From Calcarisporiella thermophila CBS 279.70 (Eukaryota; Fungi; Calcarisporiellomycota): DNA of 64,000 nucleotides. Every line of letters begins with the position of its first letter. Position 1 is the stretch's first letter. Below the pieces are notes generated by a model, which saw only the letters and a program-made list of their open reading frames with translations, was not told the origin of the DNA and made no database searches. Shown here piece after piece: positions 12,438-26,135 of this stretch. The translations under genes were made by a program, and so were the position numbers. The stretch spans positions 684,760-748,759 of the forward strand of contig NW_027192194.1 of assembly GCF_041956535.1 (NCBI RefSeq). Direction: 5' to 3'.

Positions 12438-15400
12438 TCAATTCATGAAAACATCCAACCGATTCAACCGGGCGTACATGTCCGCGGGCATTCTGAATTG
12501 TATCATTCCTGCAAAAATCATTAGGGCACGCGCCTTGCGTCTCAGCAGATTCATTTTCTAATAGCCGTAGGTTAGGTTCGCTATGCTTATAAAAAATAGC
12601 CGACTCTCTCTTAAACTTACCAGCTGCCTTTCTGAGTCCCCATACGGGGATTCCTTCAACGCAGTGTATAATTTGTACAGGATCGTCATTGTCATTAAAA
12701 GCAGTTGCGAGAAATTTCGCGCAATGGTCTCGTCCAAGTCCCGAAGATCATCGGCTTTGCGAGTGATAAGAGCCATATCCGATTCAAGCGGTATTAAATT
12801 CAATTGTTCCATAAGCTATAATAATTAAAAAAAAAAATAAAGCAGAATTTAGTATTCGCCTGTGCAGCAATTTTTTTTTGATAAAAATAAAAAGATTGTA
12901 TTGACCTGGAGCGCTTGCTCAAATTGCCCCTCATCATATAGGCTAGTGAATTGCAATAGCTGTAGCAATAGGCTACAAGTTGTCTTGCTTCGTTCCGAGA
13001 TACGTGCTGAGATGTAGGGGTACTGCATATAGTAGGTCATGACATTCTCCGCAAGTGACTTTATATCTTCACCGCCTCCAAACGCGCCGGTTGGTGGAGC
13101 AAGCTCTGTGGATTGTGCTTGGTGATGTAGGGGTAAAGTGAGTGCTTCTCCAAGTTGTTCATTGAGAATCTGGACAACTGTGTCGTATTCCTGTAACGGA
13201 AAAAGTTGTTATAGATTATGTCCCAATTCTTATGATAAACAAAACTTTTTAGCCCTACCTCGGCGAGATTGTATAAGTGTACAGCATCAAAATAACGCCC
13301 ATCAGTATGACTCTTCCGCGCAGCTTGCATGGTGATATTTTGCACAAACTCTCGTTCGTTGCTGAGGAACATCAGCTTCATGTATTGCTCGATAGACCCT
13401 GGCACTCGTGTGCCATCGCGACGCGCTTCTCCTAAGAGGCCACTATAATCTCGTGTTTCAAGGGCGAGATCCCGTACATAGGCGTGGCAGAGTCGGACCA
13501 AGTGTAGGCCTTCCTCTGTATCTTTGCCGTAAAGACATAGCAGGTAGAGATACTGAAGTGCATCCTGAGGCTCAGACCGGGCAAACATGCGTGTATACTG
13601 GTAGACAAGGCGAGCAAAATCGAAGCGAGGTACCTCGTTGCCGCTCTCGTCAGTGGTAATGGTAACTAAATAACCATGAACTATTAGTTTCAGAGAATAA
13701 TTAATACGATTTTCAGTCGAGAATTACCATAATTCACATCTGCTACATGCGGATTTTCCGGGATTCTAAGCAGACCGTAGTAGGCCAGCGCAATAGCAAA
13801 GTGAACAGCGTCAACTTGGTACTGGTCAGTTTGCACGAGATAGTCAATAGCCTAAGGAAAAGAATGTAAGAATAGGCCAGGATGTAGCAACTCAAACCAA
13901 ATCTAAAATCTACCCTCTCAAACTGTCCACTGAGTAGTAGCACCTGGAAGTATGACACGGGATTATTGCCCTTAGGGTTGAAGTGGGCAGGTCCATATTT
14001 CAACACGATATTCTGCAGATCGAAGAGAGTATAGCGATCCTGTGGCGATTCTTGAACATTTGTGCTCTCGCGCACTAGGGCAAACTAAGGTAACTCATGA
14101 GGGTTAATAGCCTAGCAATTAATAATATGCAATGATTGCAATGTTAACCTGTAACCAAAGATAATCTTCTAGTGTCTGAATTGCATCGGCAAGTGTTTTC
14201 TTTGACAGTTCGCAACGGCCCAAAATCTTGTATACGGCCAGGCGATACGGGTCAACTGGGCCACTTGAATAATGAACGAGCTGATTGTATTCGGAAAGTA
14301 AACGGTTTTGAATATTCTTAGGTAACCTAATTAAAAAAAAGAAAAAAAAAACTTAGCAAAGAAAGTGTAAGAGTAAACAGCTTTAGAAATATAAACCTTC
14401 TGTCCTCGCTATCCATGTAAGCCTTAAAGTAAGCTAAGAAGGAACTTTCAATTTTTTGAAGGACGTTTTCATGTTCAATTGCAAACTGAAGTGCTTCTCG
14501 CTCGTGACCACATCGCATCAAATAGAAAATTTGCGCCCATATTGCTGTATCGTTGTTGACGATCTGTTAAAAAATTGATATATTAATCTGCCAATTATTT
14601 AAGGGCTAGCTTTTTATATTGACCTGTAGCTTTTTGTTTGTCCACATTCCATGTTTCTTATACCTAATATTGATATATCCCTGGATTTTGTTGCGGACTG
14701 ATGGCACACCGCCAATTTTAGCTTCATGCGGATTTTGGGCAATGGTTTTTTCAACGAACCCAAGAAATCTAGTATATTAACACTATGAGATCCTCAAATA
14801 ACCTATGTTTGCGCGAGCATCCACTTACTGTTCTTCTAAAAATCTTTTAGCACCTCGGACAAGTTTTTGTCTTAGCTCGACTCCTTGAGGGCTATTATAG
14901 GGCGAATAGAGGTATGCGCGCGCATACTGTCTTGCCTTGAGCGGTTGTCGTTGAAATTCTCCATTCAGTACATATTCCTCTCCAATAAGCGTAGCTAACA
15001 ATCGACCACATTCTGCAATACTATGCAGCTTCTATATAGTATTTCATTGTCAGTTAAAAGTCAATGGCTGTCTAAGCTTGGAAACATACAGCGTCTTGCA
15101 AGAGTGAAAGGGCAACATCCCGGAAAACATGGACCACTCCGAAATCTTTTCCTTGCAGACGGTGGTCATTCAGTGCCCGTACCGCCTTGGCATAACGCAT
15201 CATACGAGTATGCATTTGCAATGTAGGGGTAGGTAATGAACTCACTGCAGATTCATCGCGCATCACACTCGTACTCAGAGATTTCTATACGAAAATGATA
15301 TTGGAGAAACGCAAGCACGAAATTTAAAAATTAAGCACTTACTGTTGGCGAGAATGGTGTGCTCACTGATGCGCGGAAACCGCTAGCACCCATCGAGCTA

Positions 15401-16003
15401 CGTAGTAGAGAGCTTGTCCCATCCAATTTTCCACCAGCAGTGCTACTTCGTCCTTGATGCTGTCCAAGCTCTTCAAAAATCTTCTTTTTGAACCTTTCCC
15501 AGTCTAGATGAAGGGAACGCTCAAGACATTCATCAAAATCTCCTAGTGTCTAAACGCAAAGACAAAAAGGTGAATTACAAAGCAAAAAGAAAGAGGAGAA
15601 AATCTAAACCTTTCGGCGGCCTTCCTCAATTGCGTTTATGATGATCTGCTCGTGTTCATGCCGAAGATAACCCTATCCAAAGATAAAATATTCTCCATAA
15701 GCCATGTTTTCGCCAATTCGAAGCCCAATTATTTTCAACCTCTACGTCGGTATCGTGCAAAGGTTGCACAGGCTCTAAGACCTGAACTTGCTGTAATGGC
15801 TCGATCAGAGATCGCAAGGGTGATGAAATAGGCCCACGTATGCCATCCTCACGCGTTGTTGCCTTTGCTGCGAGTTTGCGCGATTGATTCTCGAGCGTCT
15901 CAAGGCTTCGTTCGATCTGCGGGAGATCGGGACTGATAATGTGAGTTGTGAGTCTTTTAGACTGCTCAAGAAGCTCCTTGAGTGATGGTGCGGACGACGC
16001 CAT
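12438..16003 (-). CDS. NIC96: Nucleoporin Nic96/Nup93, multi-exon
   Basis: SLKELLEQSKRL...LPQIERSL at the N-terminus, IWAQIFYLMRCG, YFQVLLLSGQFE, and C-terminal IQFRMPADMYARLNRLDVFMN. Confidence 0.92.
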
Positions 16004-16226
16004 CGCAATTTTTTGATTTGGCAAGCAATGCGCGTACTTTTCAATATTTCACTCTACTTACACCTGAATTGTTTATGAGGCGCAAGAAAGCAACGTCACG
16101 CACAAATTTTAGAAGTTACACTTTTTATTCTATTGAATTTATTTGAAAATTCCATGATTATTCCGTTCAAAGATAACATGAAAGGAATCTATAAGCTAAA
16201 TCTTAAGAAGCTGTGCCAACTCCAGT

Positions 16227-19200
16227 TTAGTTTCCATTGGTATTGTCACCTGCTCCACCTATCTCTTCTTTTTCTAATTGGAAGGCTACCAGACTCTTAT
16301 TTTCTGGAACTAAGTCGCCGACTTTGTAAAACACTTGCGAAATCTTCCCAGGGAAAGGTGATTTAATAAGATGCTAGAAAAGACCGCATGAATAGTTAGA
16401 GTTGCCCATTAATTCAGATGAAATCAAAACTTACCTCCATTTTCATAGCCTCTAAAATTATGAGCGGTTGATCCTTCTCCACTTCTTGACCCGGTTGTAC
16501 AAGAATCTAATAAAATTACAAGTATAGTCGGATGCGCAAAAGTGGAGCTATCCAAGCGTATTTACCTGGGATATCTTACAGGGCATGGGAGTTTTAACCG
16601 ATCCGGCGACATCTGAACTGGTGGCACGGAGATAGGATGGCGTGGGGATGGATAATGTGGTTTTTCCCGTCTAAATAATAGAGAAGGTCCATCAAATTGA
16701 TCGGAGGAAAAATAGAAAAGCAAACCATTTACCTCGCCAAACACGTGCACTTTTTCCTTATTCAAAACAACACGACTTCTCAATTGCCTGTCTGCAATAT
16801 CTGTCACCAGCACTCCATCCTGCGCGCGTATTGTTGACCTTACACCCTCAAATGTTTGTGTCTTATCGTCCCAACTTACGGTAATATCCAATAATCCATC
16901 TTGTCGTGAGGTCACTTCAGTGACAATCTTCTTCGAAGTTTCTGCATCTTCAAAGGTGATTTGGCGGGTGTGAAGGAGATTAAGGCGGGCATTGGTTAGC
17001 TTGGTCCATGGAGAGTGGGGATCCAATGTACCAGCATTAGCTGATTCGAAAGCTTCAATATCCTTCAAGATAATAGAAAGCGCTGCCTGAGCCGCTACCT
17101 CTGGAGCAGGTGTACTGATCGGGGGGAAGAGCTCAGGTTCATGTTTCTAAGCAAAAATTGTTAAATTGTTTTATTGGCGATACAATAGAGAGTTTGATGG
17201 GGTATTACCTTGATGAATCCCGTTTCGACATCACCATCTATAAAAGCGGGATGTGATGCCAACGTTTTAAGAAAATCTATATTAGTATTCAAGCCAACCA
17301 CCTAACAAGGCAAAGGTAAATTAGTAAATCTTATTTCATAAATAGTATGACCTGTGTGCATACCTCATACTCTCCCAATGCCTTTCGCAGTATGCGAAGT
17401 GCTGCCGTACGGTCCTCGCCCTTGACAACAAGTTTGGCAATCATTGGATCATAATGCACGCTAATCTGATCTCCTTGTCCAAATCCTGTTTCCAGTCGGA
17501 CAGTAGGAGAAGCCTCAGGTGTTCGGACATGTAGCAATGGTCCAGTGTCGGGAAGGAACCCACTAGATAATTAATTAGTTATTTCTATGAAAGGTTTCCT
17601 TTTTGGTATTAAGGATTGCCTACTTTCTAGGATTCTCCGCATATATACGAGCCTCAAATGCATGTCCATCTAATTTCAATTGCTCCTGTGTATAAGGCAA
17701 TGGGTTTCCGGCAGCGACCTAAGAAAGAGCATATTATATGAGAAATTTGAACACAATAAGAACACCGCCATACAGCTTACTTCTAGTTGCCAGTGAACTA
17801 GATCAGTGCCTGTGACCATTTCGGTGACAGGATGCTCAACCTATTAAGAGTCTCCGTTTAAATTGAATCTGATGTTAAGCCAGAGTAATTTATACTAACT
17901 TGTAATCTAGTGTTCATCTCCATGAAATAGAATTTTTTCTCTAAATTGTCCATGATGAATTCTACCGTACCAGCCCCCAAATAATTTACAGCACGCGCGG
18001 CATCCACAGCTTTCCGACCAAGTTCCATCCGTAACTCCTCCGATAAGCCAGGAGCTGGGGCCTCCTCTAATATTTTTTGGTGCCTACGTTGAACCGAGCA
18101 GTCGCGTTCAAATAGGTGCACTGCATTTCCATGGCTATCTGCAAACACTTGGACCTCGACGTGGCGTGGAGTTGTTAGGTATTTCTCAATAAGAACCTTG
18201 TCATCACCAAATGACTTGGCAGATTCACGTTTTGCCGATTCAAGAGCAAAGTCAAATTCAGCGGGTGAATTAACGATGCGCATGCCTTTACCACCTCCAC
18301 CTTTGATGGCTTTAATGAGAACCGGGTATCCAATGCGTGCGGCTTCTTCCTTGAGAAATCTGGGGTCTTGATTCTCACCATGGTAGCCAGGAACTACGGG
18401 AACATTAGCAGCTTCCATGATGATTTTAGATTCACTAATTGAGAAGAGGATAAATAACAACTCAGCAACCCTTTTTGATCTAAGAACAACCTTTTAGATC
18501 CCATAGAACGAATCGCGCTGGCAGGAGGACCAATGAAAGTGATACCTTCCTTCATAAGTAAATCTGAAAACTCGGCATTTTCAGATAAGAATCCATAGCC
18601 AGGATGAATGGCCTAAAAGAATTCTAATCAAAATGCTGAATTTCCCAATAAGTTAAATAATCTAAAACATACCTGAGCCCCACTACGCTTCGACACATCG
18701 ACAATCTTATCCATTCTCAAATAGCTTTCTGAGGACGCAGCTGGACCGAGCAAATAAGCCTCGTCGGCCTAGTTTGTATACACGACATCAACAACTTCGT
18801 ATATGAACATAGATGAAATTTGCGAGCGAATTACCATCTTGACGTGAAGAGCATCCCTATCCGGCTCGCTGTACACAGCTACAGTTTTTATCCCAAGCTT
18901 CTTTGCTGTCCTAATTACTCTACACGCAATTTCACCACTATACACCATAATACAGGGTATGAATGATCTCATCCTTAAAATAAAAAGAATAGGATATGGG
19001 GGAGGGAATACCGATTTGCGATAAGTATTTTATCGAATAGTGGTTTACGAACTATGGAAAGATTAAAAAACAATGTCAATAAACACAAACAGGAAGCATT
19101 ATGGATCCTTAGGATGCCTCAGCTCTGCTAACCCTCCAGTCGTCCTTAACTCTTACAGTAGAAATTTTTAAGGATGCTTACCTGTCACACCTGATGAGTA

Positions 19201-19287
19201 ACGCGTCCATATACGATTTGTACTGATGTTTATGATTCTTGGATGAGCAGCGCGGATTGTTCGCGCAGAATTAAGTAACATTGCCAT
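16227..19287 (-). CDS. MCCC1: Methylcrotonoyl-CoA carboxylase alpha (biotin) subunit, mitochondrial, multi-exon
   Basis: Basic presequence, [46 protein letters not shown] and biotinylation motif EAMKME. Confidence 0.88.
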
Positions 19288-19497
19288 TGAAAGTCGAAAT
19301 GCTACAACAGAAACAACTCAAAGGAACGCGGGGGGACGTGGGAAATTTTTTTATTGAGTGCTGCGGACTCTGGGTCATAATTTCTTGTTTCACTTCGTGA
19401 ATTTTCTTAATCTTTTTTTATGTTGAATTGCCCCTCATTTTATTTCTATATTTTTTGTACGCTCCTTTGAATGTTTAAACGAGAAGATGAGAAAATT

Positions 19498-20503
19498 ATG
19501 CCTTTCGGTGTATTGAGTATGCAGCACATAAAGCCATGATTAGCAATATTTTCTAACCAATGTAAATTCTGATTCTGCATTCTACTTAGTGCCAAACGAT
19601 CCTTATATTCGGCTACGACGCCCTCCGCGAGGGCTATTTGTTAGAGCAGAAGACCCTAACAAGTGTATAAAAGATAAAGACTGCCCACCTCCTCAATGTC
19701 CTTCTTGTCCTCAGGACCAAAAATGTGTCCTTGTTACCCGTTCGTGCAATTTGTGCGCGTCGGCCAAGTGTGTGCCTTTAGCACAAATCGCCGATGTTTC
19801 CACTGGTCCTCAGGGTGGAAATAATACAAACTGGACATTAATTGGAGGTGTGATTGGCGCTATTGGCTTTGTCGTCTTACTTGTTGGAGTTCTTTTGTAT
19901 TTTTGGCGCAAAAAAACGCGAGGCACAAATGTAGTTAATTCGAAAAATCTGAATGATAATGGCAGGCCATTAGAAGAGGTCAGTATTACTAGCTAATTCC
20001 AGCATATTTCAATCTGCATAACTATATAATATATATTTCTTTAGATTAGAGCTGGTCCTCTATCTCAAAATTATGATATACCAACCAATGACGAAATTGG
20101 CCCACGAGCAACAATTATTAAAACGGCGAATCGCGTTAACCTTGGAGAGAGACGAACGTCTGATAAGGGTGGCGATCCGTTGTTGGTGACACGTGCACGC
20201 CCTAAGCTAGTACGGGTTGTCTCCAAACGTAAACCCAAAACGGAACCCGGTGTAGAACTGGTAGACTCAAAAGACTACGCATCTGGTATGAGTAGTACTA
20301 TTGAACCAGCAATATTAATGAATGGAGTGCCCACGAATGAGGGTAATGATATCCCGCAATCCCTGAATGCAGAAAATGAAAATTCTACAACCAAGGATGA
20401 ATATAGCCCAATCACTATTGCTTTCGATGGAGATGATTCCAAGGCGTTGATCCAAACAACCTCGGCAAATGCGAACCAAAGCAATATGGACAAGAAAACC
20501 TGA
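19498..20503 (+). CDS. OPY2: Opy2-family membrane anchor, 3 exons (start uncertain)
   Basis: 8-Cys domain CIKDKDCPPPQCPSCPQDQKCVLVTRSCNLCASAKC, then one TM helix and a basic stop-transfer (WRKK). Confidence 0.75.
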
Positions 20504-21108
20504 GGCATAAATAATTCAAATTAATAGCATATCTCCGTAGATACGTACTCAAATACTCTGGTTGAAAAATTTATCATTTTTGTATCACTATGTGTTCATT
20601 TATTTATGCAATGTGCTATTTCTACCCTTTTCTCATTTTATTAACACGGCCTTCATGTTATGATCAGCTTCGCCTCACTTTTACATTATTTATTCAAACA
20701 CCTAAAGTAAGATATAATAAGTACTCCATAAAATGCATTCATTCAAGCTCCAGCTCTTATCTCACCTCTCCTGAGCTGACTAAATTTCTCGGGGTAAAAT
20801 CAGCAGGATTGTGCTTAAGATATACATTTGTGAGCGTATATTAACGAGATATCCTCGGTATATAGACCATCATCTATTGACTAACTCTAGCAGCGGATCA
20901 AGTCATCAGAGCAATACCAACCCTTGAATAAGTCGCGAAAAGTGAACTCGAATCTATCCTCCCTAAAACATATACTAATTCATATCCAACTAGAGTGGGC
21001 TTTTATATGATAATTTAGCTTTTTTATTCGATTTTATCTATTACATAGAGTGAATATATCAATAGGAATAGCGAACAAGTGCCATTTTAATATACATGCA
21101 AAGAACAT

Positions 21109-21620
21109 CTACGACTTCATCACATTATCCGGTACACCTTCGGGCCGTGGAACCCGCTTACTCTCCCATGAATCCAGCTCTTCTTCGTGTGCTTGGAGTC
21201 TCTAAAAGAATGATTAGTTATTAAAATAATGTACTAGAATATTACTAGAGCTTTACCCAATATTCTTCTTGTAAACTTAGGCGTCGCTTGCCTTTGCTCA
21301 TGTTGAGTTCATCTTCTTTCTTCAACTAGCGGAGGCAAAGAGATAAAATTAATAAATGTCAAAAAGAGCCAACATCATATTACCCATTAATTCAATTGTT
21401 TTCATGTAATTGATTTTTTCAATATCGGTGTGGATCTTACCTGAGTTACACGATGCTCATGATGCTCGTATCTTGTCTTGGTGAACTGCTGTAAACCAAA
21501 TGATCCAACCACAAGAACTGTAATAAATGGAAGCCCAAAAAAGACGAAAGGCCGGCGCTTGATAAACGAGTTGAGACCTCCTAATTTTGGATTAAGCGGC
21601 CGACTTTCGAACGTTGGCAT
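21109..21620 (-). CDS. COX16: Cytochrome c oxidase assembly protein Cox16, 3 exons
   Basis: PFVFFGLPFI..VVGSFGLQQFTKTRYE, LSLQEEYWRL and SWESKRVPRP motifs. Confidence 0.9.
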
Positions 21621-21808
21621 TCTTTAAAGATCTGTATTGAAGTTCTGTTTCCACTCCAACGCTTTTAACAATTTAACAGTCACTATATACAATCTTAATT
21701 AAAGCAGGCATGCTGAGTTGTCTTTTCGAGATTCAGATATTCTCAAAAATATTAGTAGCTCTTGAAGTAGCTCATGTGATGACCCATTTATAAAAGTCTC
21801 AGTAAATC

Positions 21809-22097
21809 ATGTCATCTCCAGTCCAATACAAATATTTGATCTCAAGGTAAAGCTTTTTTCATGTACGCTCCAAACGCCGTTATCTTGTGTTTTTCCTAAT
21901 CTATTCCTTTAATTTTTTTTATCTTAATTAATATAACAAATAGATCTGGAGACATTGTGTTCTCGATAGTTGTCGGGGTAGGAGCGTATTTCTTATATGA
22001 GCGAGACAACCCACGCCCTGAAGGCCGCAGCCTGGTAGAATTACTAAGAAGAAAAATATCTACTCGAAAACCAGAGAATGTCGATGAGAATAAATAA
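21809..22097 (+). CDS. NCE101: Non-classical export protein Nce101-like, 63 aa, 2 exons (intron 21847-21943). Not in the ORF track.
   Basis: Spliced MSSPVQYKYLISRSGDIVFSIVVGVGAYFLYERDNPRPEGRSLVELLRRK..., matching the YLISR..D....G..AY.LYER family pattern. Confidence 0.8.
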
Positions 22098-22309
22098 ACT
22101 TTGATGGTTTATTTTATAGTTTGTTCAGGGTTTCATCCTCCTTATTCCTGACTCTTACTTGTACAAAATAACCACAAATATTGAGAAAATATTAGAGCCT
22201 GAAACATTAATGGTTTATTAGTATTATTAACAAGTAAGCGGAAATGATATAGAACAACAGGGTATATAAACATAGCAATAATAACAATTGCAGCGAAGTG
22301 GTATAGATG

Positions 22310-23752
22310 TCAGTCGTCTTTCAACGCATTTAGACGATTTAATCTTTTCACATAGCGTCCATATGTGCTACCTCCAGTGAAAACAAAGAATCTCCCATAT
22401 GATGCAATCAACGCGTCCACCATCGGCATAAGCCGCCCGCTGGGTATATCGTCACTGTGAATTTTTAGAATATCCTGAGACATATCGTGTAGGGTAAATG
22501 TACACGGGAATTCTTCCACGATTGGACGGAAAGTAGTACGAACATGTGGGCTCTCCGGTGAGTCTGTGGCCATGAAGACAAGCGACCAGCGACCATAATA
22601 TCTGGCGTTCCTTTTACATTCCTCCAGGTTCGGACGAGTTCCGATGGCTGGCAAGGGGGGCGGCTCTTTCTTGATTTTGGATTTCCGTCGCCCTATTACC
22701 TTTTTCAGCTTATCGCGCAACTCCAATAAGTTCTCTCTCTCGTGCACTGCGTAATAACCGTCGCCAATCCGCGCTTGCACCGAAACAAACTCGTTGCCCA
22801 ACAGGGTAACAACACGTTTTGCCGCAGCTATCACTTCGGGATGGCTAAAGACAATGGTCTCCTGTATAAGGTCGAACATTGCCTTACTCTCTGGTAAATT
22901 CATCGTAACACGCTCGGATCCAAACAAGGAACCAAATCGTACTAACTTCGCCGAGTGCTTCCTCAAATCCTCGGCCATTAAGCGAATCAAGTAGGGCTTC
23001 AGTCGTTGCTGGTCATTCCTCTCATATTGGTCAAATATTTTGTAATCTTTTCGAGTAGCATCGTGTAGCATTAGCACTTCCGTTTTCTCGTCCTTGATAT
23101 CAAGCATGCGGTTAAGATCTGCCCGCGCATCATCTAGAAATATCATGCGCACTTTTTTCTCGATTGCGTTGAAATTAAGGAGTTTGTTGAATGGAACATA
23201 AAAGACCTTGTTGGTGATGGATTTACAGGGTCGACTCGGTCGAAGACTCAAGCAATCGTCATAGCCGTTTTTTAAGAAATCGAAAGTGCGAAAAGGTATT
23301 GCCCTACCAAGATTGGCCGGAGGGACAATGAGGGTGCGATTTAGCATGTATGCAATGCGAATTGCGTTTTCTATAATGTAAACGAATGTTAATCTTGTCC
23401 CAACCTTACTGAGTAGATATTTGGGAAAGTACTGACCCAAAGCACCTCTTTGATTATGGAATCCCGAATGTAGATAAAAGGTAACAAACTTCTCCTCACT
23501 CTGCCCAGGAGAATTGACCGTTTTTTCTATATATTTTGCTGCTGGGCGACCGTGGTCTACTAAAGTATAAATTTAGTGAAAGAAGAATTCAATGCTAATT
23601 CAACCATGCGCACCCATCCATCGCGTTGCTCTGAGAATGACAAGCGGTGTTACCGCTGTGCTCTCAAGGGTGATTTGATAGAAGAGCGAGAGTGTTAAGA
23701 GCACGAAGAGGACACACCAGGTAAATATTTGCCTATCTCTATGTACACCCAT
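22310..23752 (-). CDS. Type II membrane O-fucosyltransferase-like (CigA-like) glycosyltransferase, 3 exons
   Basis: N-terminal TM, spliced YLHSGFHNQRGALENAIRIAYMLNRTLIVP, GSLFGS, QARIGDG, FMATD and D..IAS.G..F..T.GSTY. Confidence 0.75.
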
Positions 23753-24550
23753 TACCAAGCTACTATCGAGGATAACTTAAGAAAAAGTTATGAATTGGAA
23801 ACGGGAGAACGGAATCAATAGAGGGCCAGTCTGAAATTGTGTCGAGGAATGGAACAATAAATGGGTGAAAGCTGAACAAAGAATTCGAACAACTATTTTG
23901 CAATAAAAAATGGATGGGTGGGTATAATTCTAAAAGCCATCACAAGAGTAATCGTAAGACCGCGGTAAAGGAAGAAAGGAAGATAAGGAGAGGGGAAGAT
24001 GAATATAAGGAAATATAGCCATCCAGAAATGGAACACGCGAATATATGGTTAAATTTAAGTTGGTTTTTCCTCTTCGAGCCGCATATTTTCATTCCACGC
24101 TTATTTCTTTGGCAAGTCACAAAACTACGGCATGTGATCGGAATGCACCGAGGCCCTGGCTTTAATATAGGGAAAGTTGTTTTTTGAATGGGAGATCTCA
24201 TTGTTTTAAGGCATTTTGTTGACTCCAGTCATCCTTTTAATAAATCTAGAGGACCTCTCCGTAAATATCGATGCATTTTAAAGAATGCCATTTTTTTTCC
24301 TCAAGTATTCACTTTTTTATGTCTAGTGATTATGAAACACGACTGGCCGATGAAACATTAATGCTAAAATTTTCAACTTTTGACCAACGAATACAATGTA
24401 GCTAATAGTTTGGTAACCATCGGAAATACGAAAATTGGATGAACATCAATTTTCCAACTCATTGTGTGTATATCGGTCTATATTAGAGTGGTTGTGATTG
24501 AGGTAGAAATTGGAGATATAAAAGCACATGTCTACACACGGTTAATGAAA

Positions 24551-25924
24551 TTAATCTAGCGGAAGGCCGAGTATGCGAAGTGCATCCTGTACTGCCTCCT
24601 TAGGTCCACTATGTTTTGTTTTCTCGTCACTCAGCTTCACGACGGGAATTCCGCGGCACTCACTCAGCTTGATCACAATGTTCATTGGGACACTTTTTCC
24701 TCCCCCCTTTCGCTCAAAGTCATTTGTGAAATTGGTACCAATACCAAATGCGCACTTTACACCGGATGAGTCACAATGTTCTTTCAGCTGAATGGCTAGC
24801 TCTGGAGTGAGTGAATCCGAAAACATAATAACCTTCTGCGATGCATTTATCCCTAGGGTCCGATAGTGCTCTACGACACGATCTACGAACCCAAACGGGT
24901 CGCCACTATCATGGCGGACACCACTAAAGGCATTGGCAAGCTTGCCTCCGAAATCACGGAAAAAGACCTCAGTTCCAAACGTGTCTGTTAGCGCAATTCC
25001 CAGCTGTCCCTTGTAGGTATCGTGCCACTTCTCTAGAGTGAGTCGATTTGCATTAGCTACTCCCTCAAGTGCGCTCACACCCATAAAGAGTTCATGTGCC
25101 AGAGTTCCGACAGCAGTAAGGCCATATTTGTGCGCAAAGTGGACATTGCTTGTCCCCACCAATTTTCCTTGGCTGCCTGGATTTTCAAGTAAATGCTCCT
25201 TATTTGCACGAGCTAATACGCGTACTACAATATCCTGAGTGTAATAGTCGCGGCGCCGGCGAGTTCCAAATTCACTGAAAACACATCCATGCTGCAAGAG
25301 CTTCATTGCCTTTGCCTTTGCCCTGCTCTCCTGACCATCATAGTTCCAATCAAGGTCAACGAAACGGAAGTAAGCTTCGCTGACTAGAGCGAGCAGAGGT
25401 ACTTCATATAGAATAACTTCATGCCAAAATCCTTGAATGTTTAGCTGGAGATCTCCATCGCTATCCAAACTTATATTCACTTGTTCTGCTGGCCGATAAC
25501 GGAATGACTGCAGAAATTCGAGATATTCTCTAGAAAAAAAGGAATATCCTTCAAGAAATTGGCGCTCGTCCGCTGTAAGACTTAATTTCTCAAGGCCTAT
25601 TAAAGTTGAAATTAAATAGAACCAATATAAGCAATTTAGAAAAACAATATAATATTTAGGACAGAAATGCCCAGAATCTATGTATCGAAGATACTAACCT
25701 TGAATCCGCGACTTTAGCCATTCTATCGCAGGCTCATTTAGTCTGATAGTTGGCGATCTATTTTTGAATCGGTACTTTACGGGAATGTCACGAAAATGGA
25801 TGAACACAAACTGCTGCATGGTAAATTTATAAAGATCATTATCGAGAATCGAGAAGGGGATATCCTGATTTGTCGGCAAGGAATGAATGCCATTATTTGC
25901 ATTTGTAGTAAGGTCCTGCATCAT
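24551..25924 (-). CDS. NPT1: Nicotinate phosphoribosyltransferase, 2 exons
   Basis: SILDNDLYKFTMQ, SEFGTRRR, GTSNV, LTDTFGT, GVRHDSGDP and FGIGTNFTNDF. Confidence 0.96.
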
Positions 25925-26135
25925 TGTTAAGGGTCTGAATCTTCGCTTCCAGTGCAGCAATCTTTACAGGTGCAGAACGTACGTATTAGTCGCGCCACGA
26001 AAGGTCTTTTTTTATATTGGTAAAAATTACTATTTTTTTTTGTTGTCAGCCTGTAAGATTTAACCCTAATATAATAATTAAACTGTGCGGGGGTCGAACG
26101 CTCTATGACTTTTCTTCAGTTTTCTCCTATATTCA

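Noticed and set aside
26085-26105. GTTCGA B-box/T-loop-like motif on the minus strand
   Set aside because: No T-stem pairing or cloverleaf, so not a tRNA.
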